64,000 nucleotides of DNA, taken from Phycisphaerales bacterium. Its GTDB lineage: Bacteria; Planctomycetota; Phycisphaerae; SM23-33. The DNA lies in NCBI GenBank assembly GCA_018644725.1, contig JABGPZ010000054.1:4502-68501 (forward strand), in the 5' to 3' direction. The notes below the pieces were generated by a model, which worked only from the letters and a program-made list of their open reading frames with translations, was not told the DNA's origin and did no database searches. Both the position numbers and the translations under genes were made by a program. Each line of letters opens with the position of its first letter. The stretch's first letter is position 1. Shown piece by piece: positions 43,078-52,552 of this stretch.

Positions 43078-43716
43078 ATGCAAAAATTTCTTAAAACCTT
43101 TATGACCGGGATCTTTGTCGTTCTGCCACTGGCTGCAACGGCCTGGATCGTCTGGTGGGTGGGAACGAAACTCGGAGGCCTCGGGGTCGACCTGATCGCC
43201 AGCCTCGGCATTAGCGTCAAGGACAATATTCTCGCACCCATTGCCGGGGGGATCATGGTCCTCCTGCTGGTCTATCTCGTGGGCCTGTTGACGAACCTGT
43301 GGCTGTTCAACAAGCTCCTCTCGCAGGTCGACAAACTCCTGTCCAGAGTCCCCGGGATCAAAACGGTGTACGAATCGGTGCGTGACCTGCTGAACCTCTT
43401 CGGCGGCGACAACCAGCAAGGCTATGCCGTACTCTATCATCCGCCCAGCCTGCCCTATAAGCAACTCGGCGTGGTCACCAACGAGCATCCCGATGGCATC
43501 GATGAACCCGGTATGGTCCTGGTCCACCTCCCCATGGGCTACATGATTGGCGGCCAGATCATTCTCGTGCCCATCGAGCACACCACGCGCCTGGATATGC
43601 CCGTCGAAACCGCCATGAAACTCGCAGCCACCGCCTTTGTTTCCAACAAACCGGCCCTCGAAGGCGACTCGGCCACCCCCTCAGACACAGAAGAATCAAC
43701 ACCCGAAACGGAATAA
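43078..43716 (+). CDS. DUF502 domain membrane protein
   Basis: [29 protein letters not shown]-terminus typical of DUF502, with two TM helices. Start at the ATG at 43078. Confidence 0.75.
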   Translation: MQKFLKTFMTGIFVVLPLAATAWIVWWVGTKLGGLGVDLIASLGISVKDNILAPIAGGIMVLLLVYLVGLLTNLWLFNKLLSQVDKLLSRVPGIKTVYESVRDLLNLFGGDNQQGYAVLYHPPSLPYKQLGVVTNEHPDGIDEPGMVLVHLPMGYMIGGQIILVPIEHTTRLDMPVETAMKLAATAFVSNKPALEGDSATPSDTEESTPETE

Positions 43717-43739
43717 TTTCGTTTAACGATAAAATGAGG

Positions 43740-43768
43740 TTGACAACAATCGCCCTAAATTCTATCCT
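43740..43768 (+). promoter_or_regulatory. sigma70-like promoter (TTGACA-N17-TATCCT) for folE
   Basis: Hexamers at 43740-43745 and 43763-43768. Confidence 0.5.
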
Positions 43769-43790
43769 TCTACGACACTCTAGGAAACCA

Positions 43791-44372
43791 ATGACTCCCG
43801 AAAACCAAACCATTATTGAAAACGCCGTCCGGGCCATCCTTCAGGCGGTAGGCGAAGACCCGCAGCGCGAAGGTCTGGCCGCAACGCCGCAACGCGTCGC
43901 GAAGATGTATGGCGAGCTGTTCGCAGGCCTGGGCACCGAGCCCGCCACCCACCTTGACGTAACCTTCAACGAGGACTACGACGAGATGGTCGTCCTGCGC
44001 GACATCCCCTTCTACTCGATGTGCGAGCATCACCTCCTTCCGTTCATGGGCAAGGCGCACGTGGCCTATCTCCCCAACGGCAAGGTTGTCGGCCTGAGCA
44101 AACTCGCGCGCGTGGTCGAAGATTTCGCCCGCCGTCCGCAGCTTCAAGAACGCCTGACCTCGCAGATTGCCGACCTGCTAATGGACCGTCTCGACGCCAA
44201 AGGCGCGGCCGTCATCATCGAAGCCAACCACACCTGCATGACCATCCGCGGGGTAAAAAAACCCGGCGCGACGATGGTCACCAGTGCCATTCGCGGCCAA
44301 TTCCGCAAAAGCCCCGCCACCCGCGCCGAGGCCATGGGCCTGCTGACGGGCGGCCGGGGCTACCGATCCTAA
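43791..44372 (+). CDS. folE: GTP cyclohydrolase I
   Basis: [12 protein letters not shown] and HTCMTIRGV motifs. Start at the ATG at 43791. Confidence 0.95.
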   Translation: MTPENQTIIENAVRAILQAVGEDPQREGLAATPQRVAKMYGELFAGLGTEPATHLDVTFNEDYDEMVVLRDIPFYSMCEHHLLPFMGKAHVAYLPNGKVVGLSKLARVVEDFARRPQLQERLTSQIADLLMDRLDAKGAAVIIEANHTCMTIRGVKKPGATMVTSAIRGQFRKSPATRAEAMGLLTGGRGYRS

Positions 44373-44415
44373 CCAATACTTCCCGATACATTGATCTCAT
44401 TCGAAAGGAATCATT

Positions 44416-45873
44416 ATGACTACGCAACGCAGAAACTTCCTGAAGACGGCCGCGCTAGGCGCTGGCATTGTTGCTTCGGGCGCCATGGCCACTGGCGGCT
44501 GTGACAAAAAATCTGAAATCAAGGCGCAAGTCGCCAAAAACCCTGGCCCGCAGAAGCGCAACATGTGCGGCTTCCGCGCCGAACCCATTCCGACCGTCCG
44601 CGTTGGGATCGTCGGCCTCGGGATGCGCGGCGGCGGTGCTGTCGGCCGTCTGAGCAAGATCCCCGGTTGCAAGATCGTCGCCCTGTGCGACCTGCGCCCG
44701 GAGAAGGTCAAAAATGCAGTGGCGCGTCTCAACAAAGACGCCAAATCCCCCCCCGCCCCCAAAAGCAGCGCTCTCTATTCTGGCGAAGAAGGCTGGAAGG
44801 CGATGTGCGAGCGTGACGACCTGGACCTGATCTACATCTGCACGCCGTGGCGCTGGCACACCCCGATGGCTGTCTATGCGATGAAGAACGGCAAGCACGC
44901 CGCGACCGAAGTCCCCGCCGCGACGACCATCGACGAAGCCTGGGAACTCGTGAACACCTCCGAGGCCACCGGCAAGCACTGCGTGATCCTCGAAAACTGC
45001 TGCTACGACTTCTTCGAAATGATGACCCTGAACATGGCTCGCCAGGGCGCGTTCGGCGACGTGATGTACGGCGAAGGTGCCTACATCCACCAGCTCGTGG
45101 GCCTGAACTTCTCGCAGAAGGGCTATCAGGGCATGTGGCGCCTGAACCAGAACTTCACCAAAGACGGTAACCTCTACCCGACCCACGGGTTCGGGCCGGT
45201 CGCGCAGATCATGAACATCAACCGTGGCGACCGTCTGGACTTTATCTCCAGCCAATCGACCGCAGACGTGACGATGTTCGAAGAAGCCAAAAAGCGCGCC
45301 GCCAAGGACGCGTTCTACAAGCCGTACGCCAAGAACCAGTACCGTGGCCAGATGAACAACACCATGGTCAAGACCAAAAACGGCAAGAGCATCCTCATTC
45401 AGCACGACGTGAGCTCCCCGCGCCCCTACAGCCGGATTCACCTCGTCAGCGGCACCAAGGGCATCGCCCGCAAATGGCCGTCCCAGAAGATCGCACTCTC
45501 GGGCCACAAGTTCGAAACCCAAGATGACGCGACCCGCGGCGGCACGAAGATCGTCAGCGCCCACCGCTGGCTGGACCCGAATCAAATGAAGCAGATCAAG
45601 GCCCAGTTCGAACACCCGCTCACCAAGAAGATCGGCAAGTGGGCTCGCTCGGTCGGTGGCCACGGCGGCATGGACACGATCATGGACTACCGCCTGATCC
45701 ACTGCCTGCGCAACGGCCAACCCGTGGACATGGACTGCTACGATGCGGCTGCATGGTCCTGCATCATGCCCCTGAGCGAATGGTCCGTCGCCAACCGCTC
45801 TAACTCCATTGACGTACCGGACTTCACCCGTGGCGCATGGAGGAAGAACATCCCCCTCGCAATCGTTCAATAA
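44416..45873 (+). CDS. TAT-exported Gfo/Idh/MocA oxidoreductase (GH109-like), copy 1
   Basis: Twin-arginine signal MTTQRRNFLKTAALGAG. Rossmann GIVGLGMRGG. Gfo/Idh/MocA N- and C-domains. Paralogous to the next two genes. Confidence 0.85.
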   Translation: MTTQRRNFLKTAALGAGIVASGAMATGGCDKKSEIKAQVAKNPGPQKRNMCGFRAEPIPTVRVGIVGLGMRGGGAVGRLSKIPGCKIVALCDLRPEKVKNAVARLNKDAKSPPAPKSSALYSGEEGWKAMCERDDLDLIYICTPWRWHTPMAVYAMKNGKHAATEVPAATTIDEAWELVNTSEATGKHCVILENCCYDFFEMMTLNMARQGAFGDVMYGEGAYIHQLVGLNFSQKGYQGMWRLNQNFTKDGNLYPTHGFGPVAQIMNINRGDRLDFISSQSTADVTMFEEAKKRAAKDAFYKPYAKNQYRGQMNNTMVKTKNGKSILIQHDVSSPRPYSRIHLVSGTKGIARKWPSQKIALSGHKFETQDDATRGGTKIVSAHRWLDPNQMKQIKAQFEHPLTKKIGKWARSVGGHGGMDTIMDYRLIHCLRNGQPVDMDCYDAAAWSCIMPLSEWSVANRSNSIDVPDFTRGAWRKNIPLAIVQ

Positions 45874-45893
45874 CGATTCGAATCACGCAATTC

Positions 45894-45929
45894 AAACGGA
45901 CGGCTCACAGCGAGTCGTCCGTTTTTTTT
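45894..45929 (+). terminator. intrinsic terminator after GH109-like copy 1
   Basis: AAACGGACGGCTC-ACAGC-GAGTCGTCCGTTTTTTTT. Confidence 0.8.
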
Positions 45930-45982
45930 GTGAATACGGAAAGTGGCACGGTCGACGCGGACCATTCATTTCCAATAATACT

Positions 45983-46011
45983 TTGACAACCGAGGAATAT
46001 CTGGCTATTAT
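45983..46011 (+). promoter_or_regulatory. sigma70-like promoter (TTGACA-N17-TATTAT) for GH109-like copy 2
   Basis: Hexamers at 45983-45988 and 46006-46011. Confidence 0.55.
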
Positions 46012-46063
46012 TTTCGTTCAACTAATAAATCACCAACGGATGGCTATAGCCAAGGAGACATTG

Positions 46064-47449
46064 ATGACTAACGAACGCAGAAACTTCCTGAAGACCGCCG
46101 CACTGGGTGCTGGTATTATCGCGGCTGGCTCGATTGCCAAGGCCGAATGCGCCAAGGCCGCAAAGCTTCCTGAAATTCTTGACCAGGTCAACAAGGATCA
46201 GGGCAAGCAGGCCCAGAACATGTGCGGGTTCGCCGCGCCGCCGATCAAGAATGTCCGCATCGCCGTCATTGGCCTCGGCAACCGCGGACCCAATGCCGTC
46301 AACCGCATGGCCAAACTCAAAGGGGTCACCGTCGTCGCCCTGTGCGACCTGATCCGCAACCGGGCCGAGAAATGCCAACAAACTCTCATCAATCTCAAGC
46401 AACCCAAAGCAAAGATCTTCTCCGGCGAAAATGGCTGGAAGGACTTGTGCAAAATGGAAGACCTCGATCTGGTCTACATCGTCACCCCTTGGCGTCTCCA
46501 CACGCCGATGGCTGTGTATGCGATGGAATGCGGCAAGCACGCGGCTGTGGATGTTCCCGCCGCGACGACCGTCGAGGAATGCTGGCAGCTCGTCAACACG
46601 TCCGAGCGCACCAAGAAGCACTGCATGCAGCTGGAAAACTGCTGCTATGACAACTTCGAAATGATGACATTGAACATGACCCGCAAAGGCGTGTTCGGCG
46701 AGATCGTCCACGCCGAAGCAGCCTACATCCACGATCTGATCAGCCTGAACACCACCGGCCACTATCAAGGCAGGTGGCGCCTGCAGCAGAATCTCAAACG
46801 CAACGGCAACCTCTACCCGACCCACGGTCTGGGCCCGGTCAGCCAGTGCATGAACATCAACCGCGGCGACCAATATTCCTATATGACCTCAATGAGTTCC
46901 AAAGACGTCAACCTCGGTCCGGCCGTCAAAGCCCGCCTCAAGAACACCCCCTACGCCAAATCCGAGACCTTCCGTGGCAACATGAATACCTCGATCATCA
47001 AGACGGCCAACGGCAATACGATCATGGTCCAGCACGACGTCAATTCCACGCGTCCCTACAGCCGGATTCACCTGCTCAGCGGCTCCAAGGCCATGTGCCG
47101 CAAATATCCCATTGAAATGGTTGCCTTCACCCACAGGGGTGGAGGAAAACGCGGTAAAGAGCTTATCCCGCTGAAGCGGAAATACGAACACCCGCTGTAC
47201 AAACGCATGGGAGCGGTTGCCAAGTCCCTCGGCGGCCACGGCGGCATGGATGGAATCATGGATGCCCGCCTGATCGAATGCCTCAATAATGGCGCGCCGC
47301 TTGACCAGGACGTCTACGATGCAGCTGCATGGAGCGTCATTGCCCCCCTGAGCGAATGGTCCGTCGCCAACCGCTCTAACTCCATTGACGTACCGGACTT
47401 CACCCGTGGCGCATGGAAGAAAAACACACCCCTCGCCATCGTCGAGTAA
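46064..47449 (+). CDS. TAT-exported Gfo/Idh/MocA oxidoreductase (GH109-like), copy 2
   Basis: AAGGAGA RBS. MTNERRNFLKTAALGAG TAT signal. VIGLGNRG. Collinear with copies 1 and 3. The track ORF start at 45809 was rejected. Confidence 0.85.
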   Translation: MTNERRNFLKTAALGAGIIAAGSIAKAECAKAAKLPEILDQVNKDQGKQAQNMCGFAAPPIKNVRIAVIGLGNRGPNAVNRMAKLKGVTVVALCDLIRNRAEKCQQTLINLKQPKAKIFSGENGWKDLCKMEDLDLVYIVTPWRLHTPMAVYAMECGKHAAVDVPAATTVEECWQLVNTSERTKKHCMQLENCCYDNFEMMTLNMTRKGVFGEIVHAEAAYIHDLISLNTTGHYQGRWRLQQNLKRNGNLYPTHGLGPVSQCMNINRGDQYSYMTSMSSKDVNLGPAVKARLKNTPYAKSETFRGNMNTSIIKTANGNTIMVQHDVNSTRPYSRIHLLSGSKAMCRKYPIEMVAFTHRGGGKRGKELIPLKRKYEHPLYKRMGAVAKSLGGHGGMDGIMDARLIECLNNGAPLDQDVYDAAAWSVIAPLSEWSVANRSNSIDVPDFTRGAWKKNTPLAIVE

Positions 47450-47470
47450 CGATCCGAATCGCAACAATTC

Positions 47471-47506
47471 AAACGGGCGGCTCATCGCGAGTCGTCCGTT
47501 TTTTTT
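47471..47506 (+). terminator. intrinsic terminator after GH109-like copy 2
   Basis: AAACGGGCGGCTC-ATCGC-GAGTCGTCCGTTTTTTTT. Near-identical to the copy 1 and copy 3 terminators. Confidence 0.8.
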
Positions 47507-47641
47507 GCGCATAGCAAGACGATTTCCTTCGCCCCAGAGACTCACTTCCAAAAATAAACTTTGACTGGCAGCGAAGAAATCACTACCCTTTCCGTTACAC
47601 TATTACCCCATCTATGGATGGTTATACCCAAGGAGACATTG

Positions 47642-49027
47642 ATGACCAACGAACGTAGAACATTTCTGAAGACCGCCGCACTCGGTGCTGGCATTGTGGT
47701 TGCGGGATCGATTGCCCGCGCCGAAGCTGCCCAAGCGGCCAAACTTCCCGAGATTCTTGAGCAGGTCAATAAGGACTCTGGCACGCAAGCTCAAAACATG
47801 TGCGGGTTCGCTGCGCCGCCGATCAAACAGGTTCGCGTCGGCATCATTGGTCTCGGCCATCGCGGCCGGCGTGCGGTGACACGCATGGCCAAACTCAAAG
47901 GAGCGACCATCGTCGCCCTGTGCGACCTGATTCCCGCCCGCGCCGAACAGTATAAAAAGAGTGTCGTCCAACTCAAACAACCCGAGCCGAAGACCTTCTC
48001 CGGCGAAGATGGCTGGAAGGCCTTGTGCGAGATGGAGGACATCGACCTGATCTACATCGCAACGCCCTGGCGGCACCACACGCCCATGGCCGTCTATGCG
48101 ATGGAATGTGGCAAGCACGCAGCCGTGGAAGTCCCCGCCGCGACGACCATCGAAGAGTGCTGGCAACTCGTGAACACCTCCGAGCGCACCAAAAAGCACT
48201 GCATGCAGCTGGAAAACTGCTGCTATGACAGCTTCGAAATGATGACATTGAACATGGCCCGTCAGGGTGCGTTTGGTGAACTCTGCCACGCCGAGGCGGC
48301 CTATATCCACGAGTTGGTCACGAAAAACTTTGATAAGAAGTCCTATCAGGGCCTCTGGCGTCTGAACCAGAACATGGCCCGCAACGGCAATCTCTATCCC
48401 ACCCACGGTCTGGGCCCGGTCAGCCAATGCATGAACATCAACCGCGGCGACCAGTACGGGTACCTCACCTCAATGAGTTCCATCGACGTCAACATGCGCC
48501 AAGCCGGGGCGCGCCTCTATGGCAAAGACAGCAAATATGGAAAGCACGAGACCTACCGCGGAAACATGAATACCACGATGATCAAGACCACCAACGGCAA
48601 AACGATCATGGTCCAGCACGACGTGTCCAGCCCGCGTCCCTACAGCCGGATTCACCTGCTCAGCGGCTCGAAGGGGATGTGCCGCAAATATCCCAACGAG
48701 ATGGTCGCCCTCGGCCACAAGGCGCTGGAAGGCAGAGCGCTTGTCAATTTGAGAAAGAAATATGCCCATCCGCTCTCCAAACGCATGAACCCGATCGCCA
48801 AAACCCTCGGGGGCCACGGCGGCATGGACGGGATCATGGATGCCCGACTGATCGAATGCCTCCAGCGAGGCATTCCGCTCGATCAGGACGTCTACGATGC
48901 AGCCGCATGGAGCGCAGTTGGCCCGCTGAGCGAATGGTCGGTCGCCAACGAGAGCAACTCCATCCGCGTGCCAGACTTCACCCGCGGCGCATGGAAGAAA
49001 AACACACCCCTCGCCATCGTAAAATAA
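47642..49027 (+). CDS. TAT-exported Gfo/Idh/MocA oxidoreductase (GH109-like), copy 3
   Basis: AAGGAGA RBS. MTNERRTFLKTAALGAG TAT signal. IIGLGHRG. Very similar to copy 2. Confidence 0.85.
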   Translation: MTNERRTFLKTAALGAGIVVAGSIARAEAAQAAKLPEILEQVNKDSGTQAQNMCGFAAPPIKQVRVGIIGLGHRGRRAVTRMAKLKGATIVALCDLIPARAEQYKKSVVQLKQPEPKTFSGEDGWKALCEMEDIDLIYIATPWRHHTPMAVYAMECGKHAAVEVPAATTIEECWQLVNTSERTKKHCMQLENCCYDSFEMMTLNMARQGAFGELCHAEAAYIHELVTKNFDKKSYQGLWRLNQNMARNGNLYPTHGLGPVSQCMNINRGDQYGYLTSMSSIDVNMRQAGARLYGKDSKYGKHETYRGNMNTTMIKTTNGKTIMVQHDVSSPRPYSRIHLLSGSKGMCRKYPNEMVALGHKALEGRALVNLRKKYAHPLSKRMNPIAKTLGGHGGMDGIMDARLIECLQRGIPLDQDVYDAAAWSAVGPLSEWSVANESNSIRVPDFTRGAWKKNTPLAIVK

Positions 49028-49050
49028 CGATTCGAGTGGAACACGATTCC

Positions 49051-49084
49051 AACGGGCGGCTCATCGCGAGTCGTCCGTTTTTTT
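49051..49084 (+). terminator. intrinsic terminator after GH109-like copy 3
   Basis: AACGGGCGGCTC-ATCGC-GAGTCGTCCGTTTTTTT. Confidence 0.8.
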
Positions 49085-49092
49085 GTGCGCAC

Positions 49093-49120
49093 AAAAAAAG
49101 AACGACCCGAAGGCCGTTCT
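49093..49120 (-). terminator. intrinsic terminator after the DUF2203 gene
   Basis: The minus strand reads AGAACGGCC-TTCG-GGTCGTTCT followed by TTTTTTT. Back-to-back with the 49051-49084 terminator. Confidence 0.7.
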
Positions 49121-49163
49121 GTCCCGTCTATTCATTCAAGCGGATCGGTACTATTATTTGTCG

Positions 49164-49616
49164 TTAGACGAACTGGAACAATCGCTGTTCAAGTTCGTCG
49201 ACGGTGCGACGCTCCTCGTGCGACTGGCCACGGTGGTACCAGTAGTTCACGGTCTCTTCGCCCTTGGCCCAGCTGAGGTAGATTTCGCGCCCTTTGTCCA
49301 GGCTGGAAAATACCACTGCGCCGCGCTTGAAGTCGGACATTTCCACGCCCAACTGTTCGAGTTCTTCCAGGCAATCCTGCAGGCGGTCAATCGCCTCGAC
49401 CAGCCGTCGGCGGCTTAGGTCCACCGCCCGATCATCACCGACACATTCGGCCAGCTCGATTTCTCCTTCGAGGTCGATCAGGTTGCTGTACAATTCCAAA
49501 ACGTCATCGACAATCCGCTCGACCAGAACCAACGCCTTGCGCGCCTGGCTGATGGTATAGAACGGTTTCGTCTCGTGGGTGGTCGATTGCGTTACAATTT
49601 TGCTTAGCGTAGTCAC
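49164..49616 (-). CDS. DUF2203 domain protein
   Basis: FYTISQARKALVLVERIV...DFKRGAVVFSS...EIYLSWAKGEETVNYWY resembles DUF2203 as recalled. The likely start is the GTG at 49616, 6 nt after AAGGAG; the ORF is open to 49655. Confidence 0.65.
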   Translation of the reverse strand: MTTLSKIVTQSTTHETKPFYTISQARKALVLVERIVDDVLELYSNLIDLEGEIELAECVGDDRAVDLSRRRLVEAIDRLQDCLEELEQLGVEMSDFKRGAVVFSSLDKGREIYLSWAKGEETVNYWYHRGQSHEERRTVDELEQRLFQFV

Positions 49617-49739
49617 AGGGTTCTCCTTCATTGTTGTATGATCTATATCGGCCAATTCGCCGCTAGAGTTGAGAAATTTTAGCGCTCTTCATGACGTAAG
49701 TTCTTTCCATATACGGATGTTTCGTGTATTCTTACTCGC

Positions 49740-50615
49740 ATGTTCGGATTTCTCATCATCGCCAAGCCCATCGACTGGACCAGCCACGACGTTGTCTCGC
49801 GGGTGCGCCGCTTGCTGCCGCGCAAAACCAAGGTCGGCCACGCTGGTACGCTCGACCCCTTCGCCGACGGCGTGCTTGTTTTGGGCGTTGGCCAGGCGAC
49901 GCGACTCCTCGACGAAGTCCACCACTTCCCCAAGACCTATCGCACGACGGTCACCCTCGGCGCGACGAGCGACACCGGGGACTGCACGGGCGAAATCACT
50001 CCGACCCCGGGCGATTGTTCGGTCCCCACTGCGGCCGAAATCGAAGCTGCCCTCGAACCGTTCCGCGGCGAAATCGACCAGGTTCCCCCTGCCCACAGCG
50101 CGATTCACATCAACGGCCGACGCGCCTATGAACTTGCCCGCGCGGGCGAAGCCGTCGAGATGCCGACGCGCCGGGTGACGATTCACGAGCTGACGCTGTT
50201 GCGGGCCGAGGGCCTGGAGGTCGAGCTGGAGATCACCTGCTCGACGGGGACCTACATCCGCGCCATCGCGCGCGACCTGGGCGAGGCGCTTGGGCTCGGC
50301 GGATATTGCAGCCAGCTTTGCCGCACGGCCATCGGCCCGTTTGCGCTGACCGATGGTGCTGAGGTCGAAACGCTCACGGCCGAGGAAGTTCCCGCAGCTC
50401 TGCTCGCGCCGACGATGGCGCTGACGATCCCCACACTCACACTCTCCGAAGAGGACATCACCCTGCTCCGCCACGGCAAACAAATTCCCTGGCCGGAACC
50501 GATTTCCTCACGCGTGGCACTGCTGGACGAATCGGGCGCACTACTCGCTCTGGCTCAGCCGGGGGAATCGCCAACCCTGCTCCAACCCAAAAAAGTATTC
50601 TGCATCAATCCGTAA
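49740..50615 (+). CDS. truB: tRNA pseudouridine(55) synthase
   Basis: GFLIIAKPIDWTSHDVV, catalytic GHAGTLDPFADGVLVL, and 291 aa overall. Confidence 0.95.
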   Translation: MFGFLIIAKPIDWTSHDVVSRVRRLLPRKTKVGHAGTLDPFADGVLVLGVGQATRLLDEVHHFPKTYRTTVTLGATSDTGDCTGEITPTPGDCSVPTAAEIEAALEPFRGEIDQVPPAHSAIHINGRRAYELARAGEAVEMPTRRVTIHELTLLRAEGLEVELEITCSTGTYIRAIARDLGEALGLGGYCSQLCRTAIGPFALTDGAEVETLTAEEVPAALLAPTMALTIPTLTLSEEDITLLRHGKQIPWPEPISSRVALLDESGALLALAQPGESPTLLQPKKVFCINP

Positions 50616-50621
50616 CGTGGA

Positions 50622-51152
50622 CTACAGCCCCAGCTCCACACGCAGGAGTGCCTGGGCCTCGTCAATGTCCTGTCCGTGCAAATCCACGCGCACCTCGGCG
50701 AGATCGCAATACGCTGCTTCGCGCCGCTGGACCTGATCCATGAACGACCCGTGCGGATCGTCGGCATCGAGAAACGGCGGAATGCCGCCGGCCATGACAC
50801 GCTTGTACAGCTCCTCAGGATCGTTGGCGAGATATACCACCGTCCCCATCTCCCGAATCAGCGGGTGAAGCTCTTCGTGCATCGCCGTGCCGCCGCCGAG
50901 AGCAATGACGCGCTTTTGATTCTGCGCCACCAGCGCCCGGATCGCCTCGCACTCCACATCGTAAAACATCCGTGCGCCATGGTCGCGATAGATCTCGCGG
51001 CAGGTTTTCTTCTCGCCCTGAGTCTCGGCAAAAATCGACTCCACCACGTCGTCGGTATCGATGAACGCCCCGCCGATGTGCTCGGCGAGAAGTCGGCCAT
51101 GAGTACTCTTGCCGCAATGCTTCATTCCCAGCAACACATAGGAGCGACTCAT
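50622..51152 (-). CDS. aroK: shikimate kinase
   Basis: Walker A GMKHCGKST in a ~176-aa protein. AAGGAGA RBS. The start overlaps the aroA stop (ATGA). The track ORF to 51425 was rejected. Confidence 0.85.
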   Translation of the reverse strand: MSRSYVLLGMKHCGKSTHGRLLAEHIGGAFIDTDDVVESIFAETQGEKKTCREIYRDHGARMFYDVECEAIRALVAQNQKRVIALGGGTAMHEELHPLIREMGTVVYLANDPEELYKRVMAGGIPPFLDADDPHGSFMDQVQRREAAYCDLAEVRVDLHGQDIDEAQALLRVELGL

Positions 51153-52435
51153 GGTGTCTCCTTTTGGAAATCGCAGCCGATTTTGGCGAGTTCTTCGACG
51201 AAGCGCGGGAAGGTTTTCTTGACGCATTCGATGTCCGTGATCGTCGTTGTTCCCTTCGCGCCCAATGCCGCGACGGCCATCGACATGACCATCCGGTGAT
51301 CGTGATAGCTCGAAAGCTCGGCCCCGCGCAGGGACGACTTGCGGACGACGAGGCCGCTTTCGCGTTCCTCGATCTCCGCGCCCATCGCCGAAAGGGTTTC
51401 GCAGCTCGCGGCGATGCGGTCGCATTCTTTCTGGCGGCAGATTGCGGCGTTGGTGAGAACGGTTTCGCCCTCGGCCGCCGCGCCCACGACCGCCAGCAGC
51501 GGAAGTTGGTCAATAAAATCGTTGCAGTCAATCTCGCGTCCCGTCAGCATCGACGAGCGTGCGATGACGGTATCCCCCTCGACGGTGATGTCCGCGCCCA
51601 TAGAGATCAGCACGTCCACAACGCCCTTGTCGCCCTGGCAGTCGTCCATGTCCATGCCGCTGACGCGCACTTCGCTGTCTGGAGTAAGGACCCCCGCGAC
51701 GATCGGATAGAGCGCGGCCGACCAGTCGCGCGGCACGGTGTACTCCAGCGGGGCAAACCCGCGAGAGCCCGTCACGCGATAGCGGCGATACTCGGTATTC
51801 TCTACGGCCACGCCCATGCGCGCCAGCCACCACAGTGTCATATCGACCCAGGGCATCTCGCCGGGATTGTCCACCTCAAGAACGGTCTCACCCTCGACCA
51901 GCGACGCCGCAATCAGCATCGCCGAGACCCACTGGCTGTCGGTCCCATCCAGCCGGGCGGTCCCCGGGCGAATCGGCCCACGAATGATCAACGGAGCTTT
52001 GCCGTCCTGTTTGGTACTGACCGCCTCGCCACCGAGGGCGTTGATGGCGTCGAGAATCGGCTGCATCGGGCGAATGTGGCGGAGCGATTCGTCGCCCGTC
52101 AACACCGTTCTGCCCTCGCAGCAGCTCGCCAGCGCGGTGAAGAATCGAAGGATAATCCCACTGTTGCCGCAAAAAAGGACATCGTCGGGAACGCGGAGAA
52201 CGCCGCCCGTACCTTGGACTTCCCATCGGCCTTTGCGGTGGGGTTCGATGCTGGCACCGAACTTCTCCATCGCCTCAATGCCCAGGAGCCAATCGTTGCT
52301 CTCGGCGGGGTGAGTGATCTGGCTGGTCCCCTCGGCGAGGGCAGCAAACAACAACGCGCGGAACGAGTGGCTCTTGTTCGGCGGAATAACGACATTGCCG
52401 TGAATATGGGGCGATGGCCCTACGATAAGATTCAT
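51149..52435 (-). CDS. aroA: 3-phosphoshikimate 1-carboxyvinyltransferase (EPSP synthase)
   Basis: 428 aa with an EPSPS-like two-domain repeat pattern: PPNKSHSFRAL, CGNSGIILRF, and the C-terminal region DHRMVMSMAV. Confidence 0.95.
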   Translation of the reverse strand: MNLIVGPSPHIHGNVVIPPNKSHSFRALLFAALAEGTSQITHPAESNDWLLGIEAMEKFGASIEPHRKGRWEVQGTGGVLRVPDDVLFCGNSGIILRFFTALASCCEGRTVLTGDESLRHIRPMQPILDAINALGGEAVSTKQDGKAPLIIRGPIRPGTARLDGTDSQWVSAMLIAASLVEGETVLEVDNPGEMPWVDMTLWWLARMGVAVENTEYRRYRVTGSRGFAPLEYTVPRDWSAALYPIVAGVLTPDSEVRVSGMDMDDCQGDKGVVDVLISMGADITVEGDTVIARSSMLTGREIDCNDFIDQLPLLAVVGAAAEGETVLTNAAICRQKECDRIAASCETLSAMGAEIEERESGLVVRKSSLRGAELSSYHDHRMVMSMAVAALGAKGTTTITDIECVKKTFPRFVEELAKIGCDFQKETP

Positions 52436-52552
52436 AATCCTGTCTCCTTTTCCGTATCTATATTATATCCATCGACACCACGCTTGCAAAGCAATTTGAC
52501 AACACATCTTGCGTTAGCCATAATACATAGAGACCGAATAAAGGAGATTTCC

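Noticed and set aside
51164-52552. First 463 codons of the 1068-aa plus-strand ORF 51164..54370
   Set aside because: This part is antisense to aroA and aroK. The real gene starts at the internal ATG at 52553, which has an AAAGGAGA RBS and a signal peptide.
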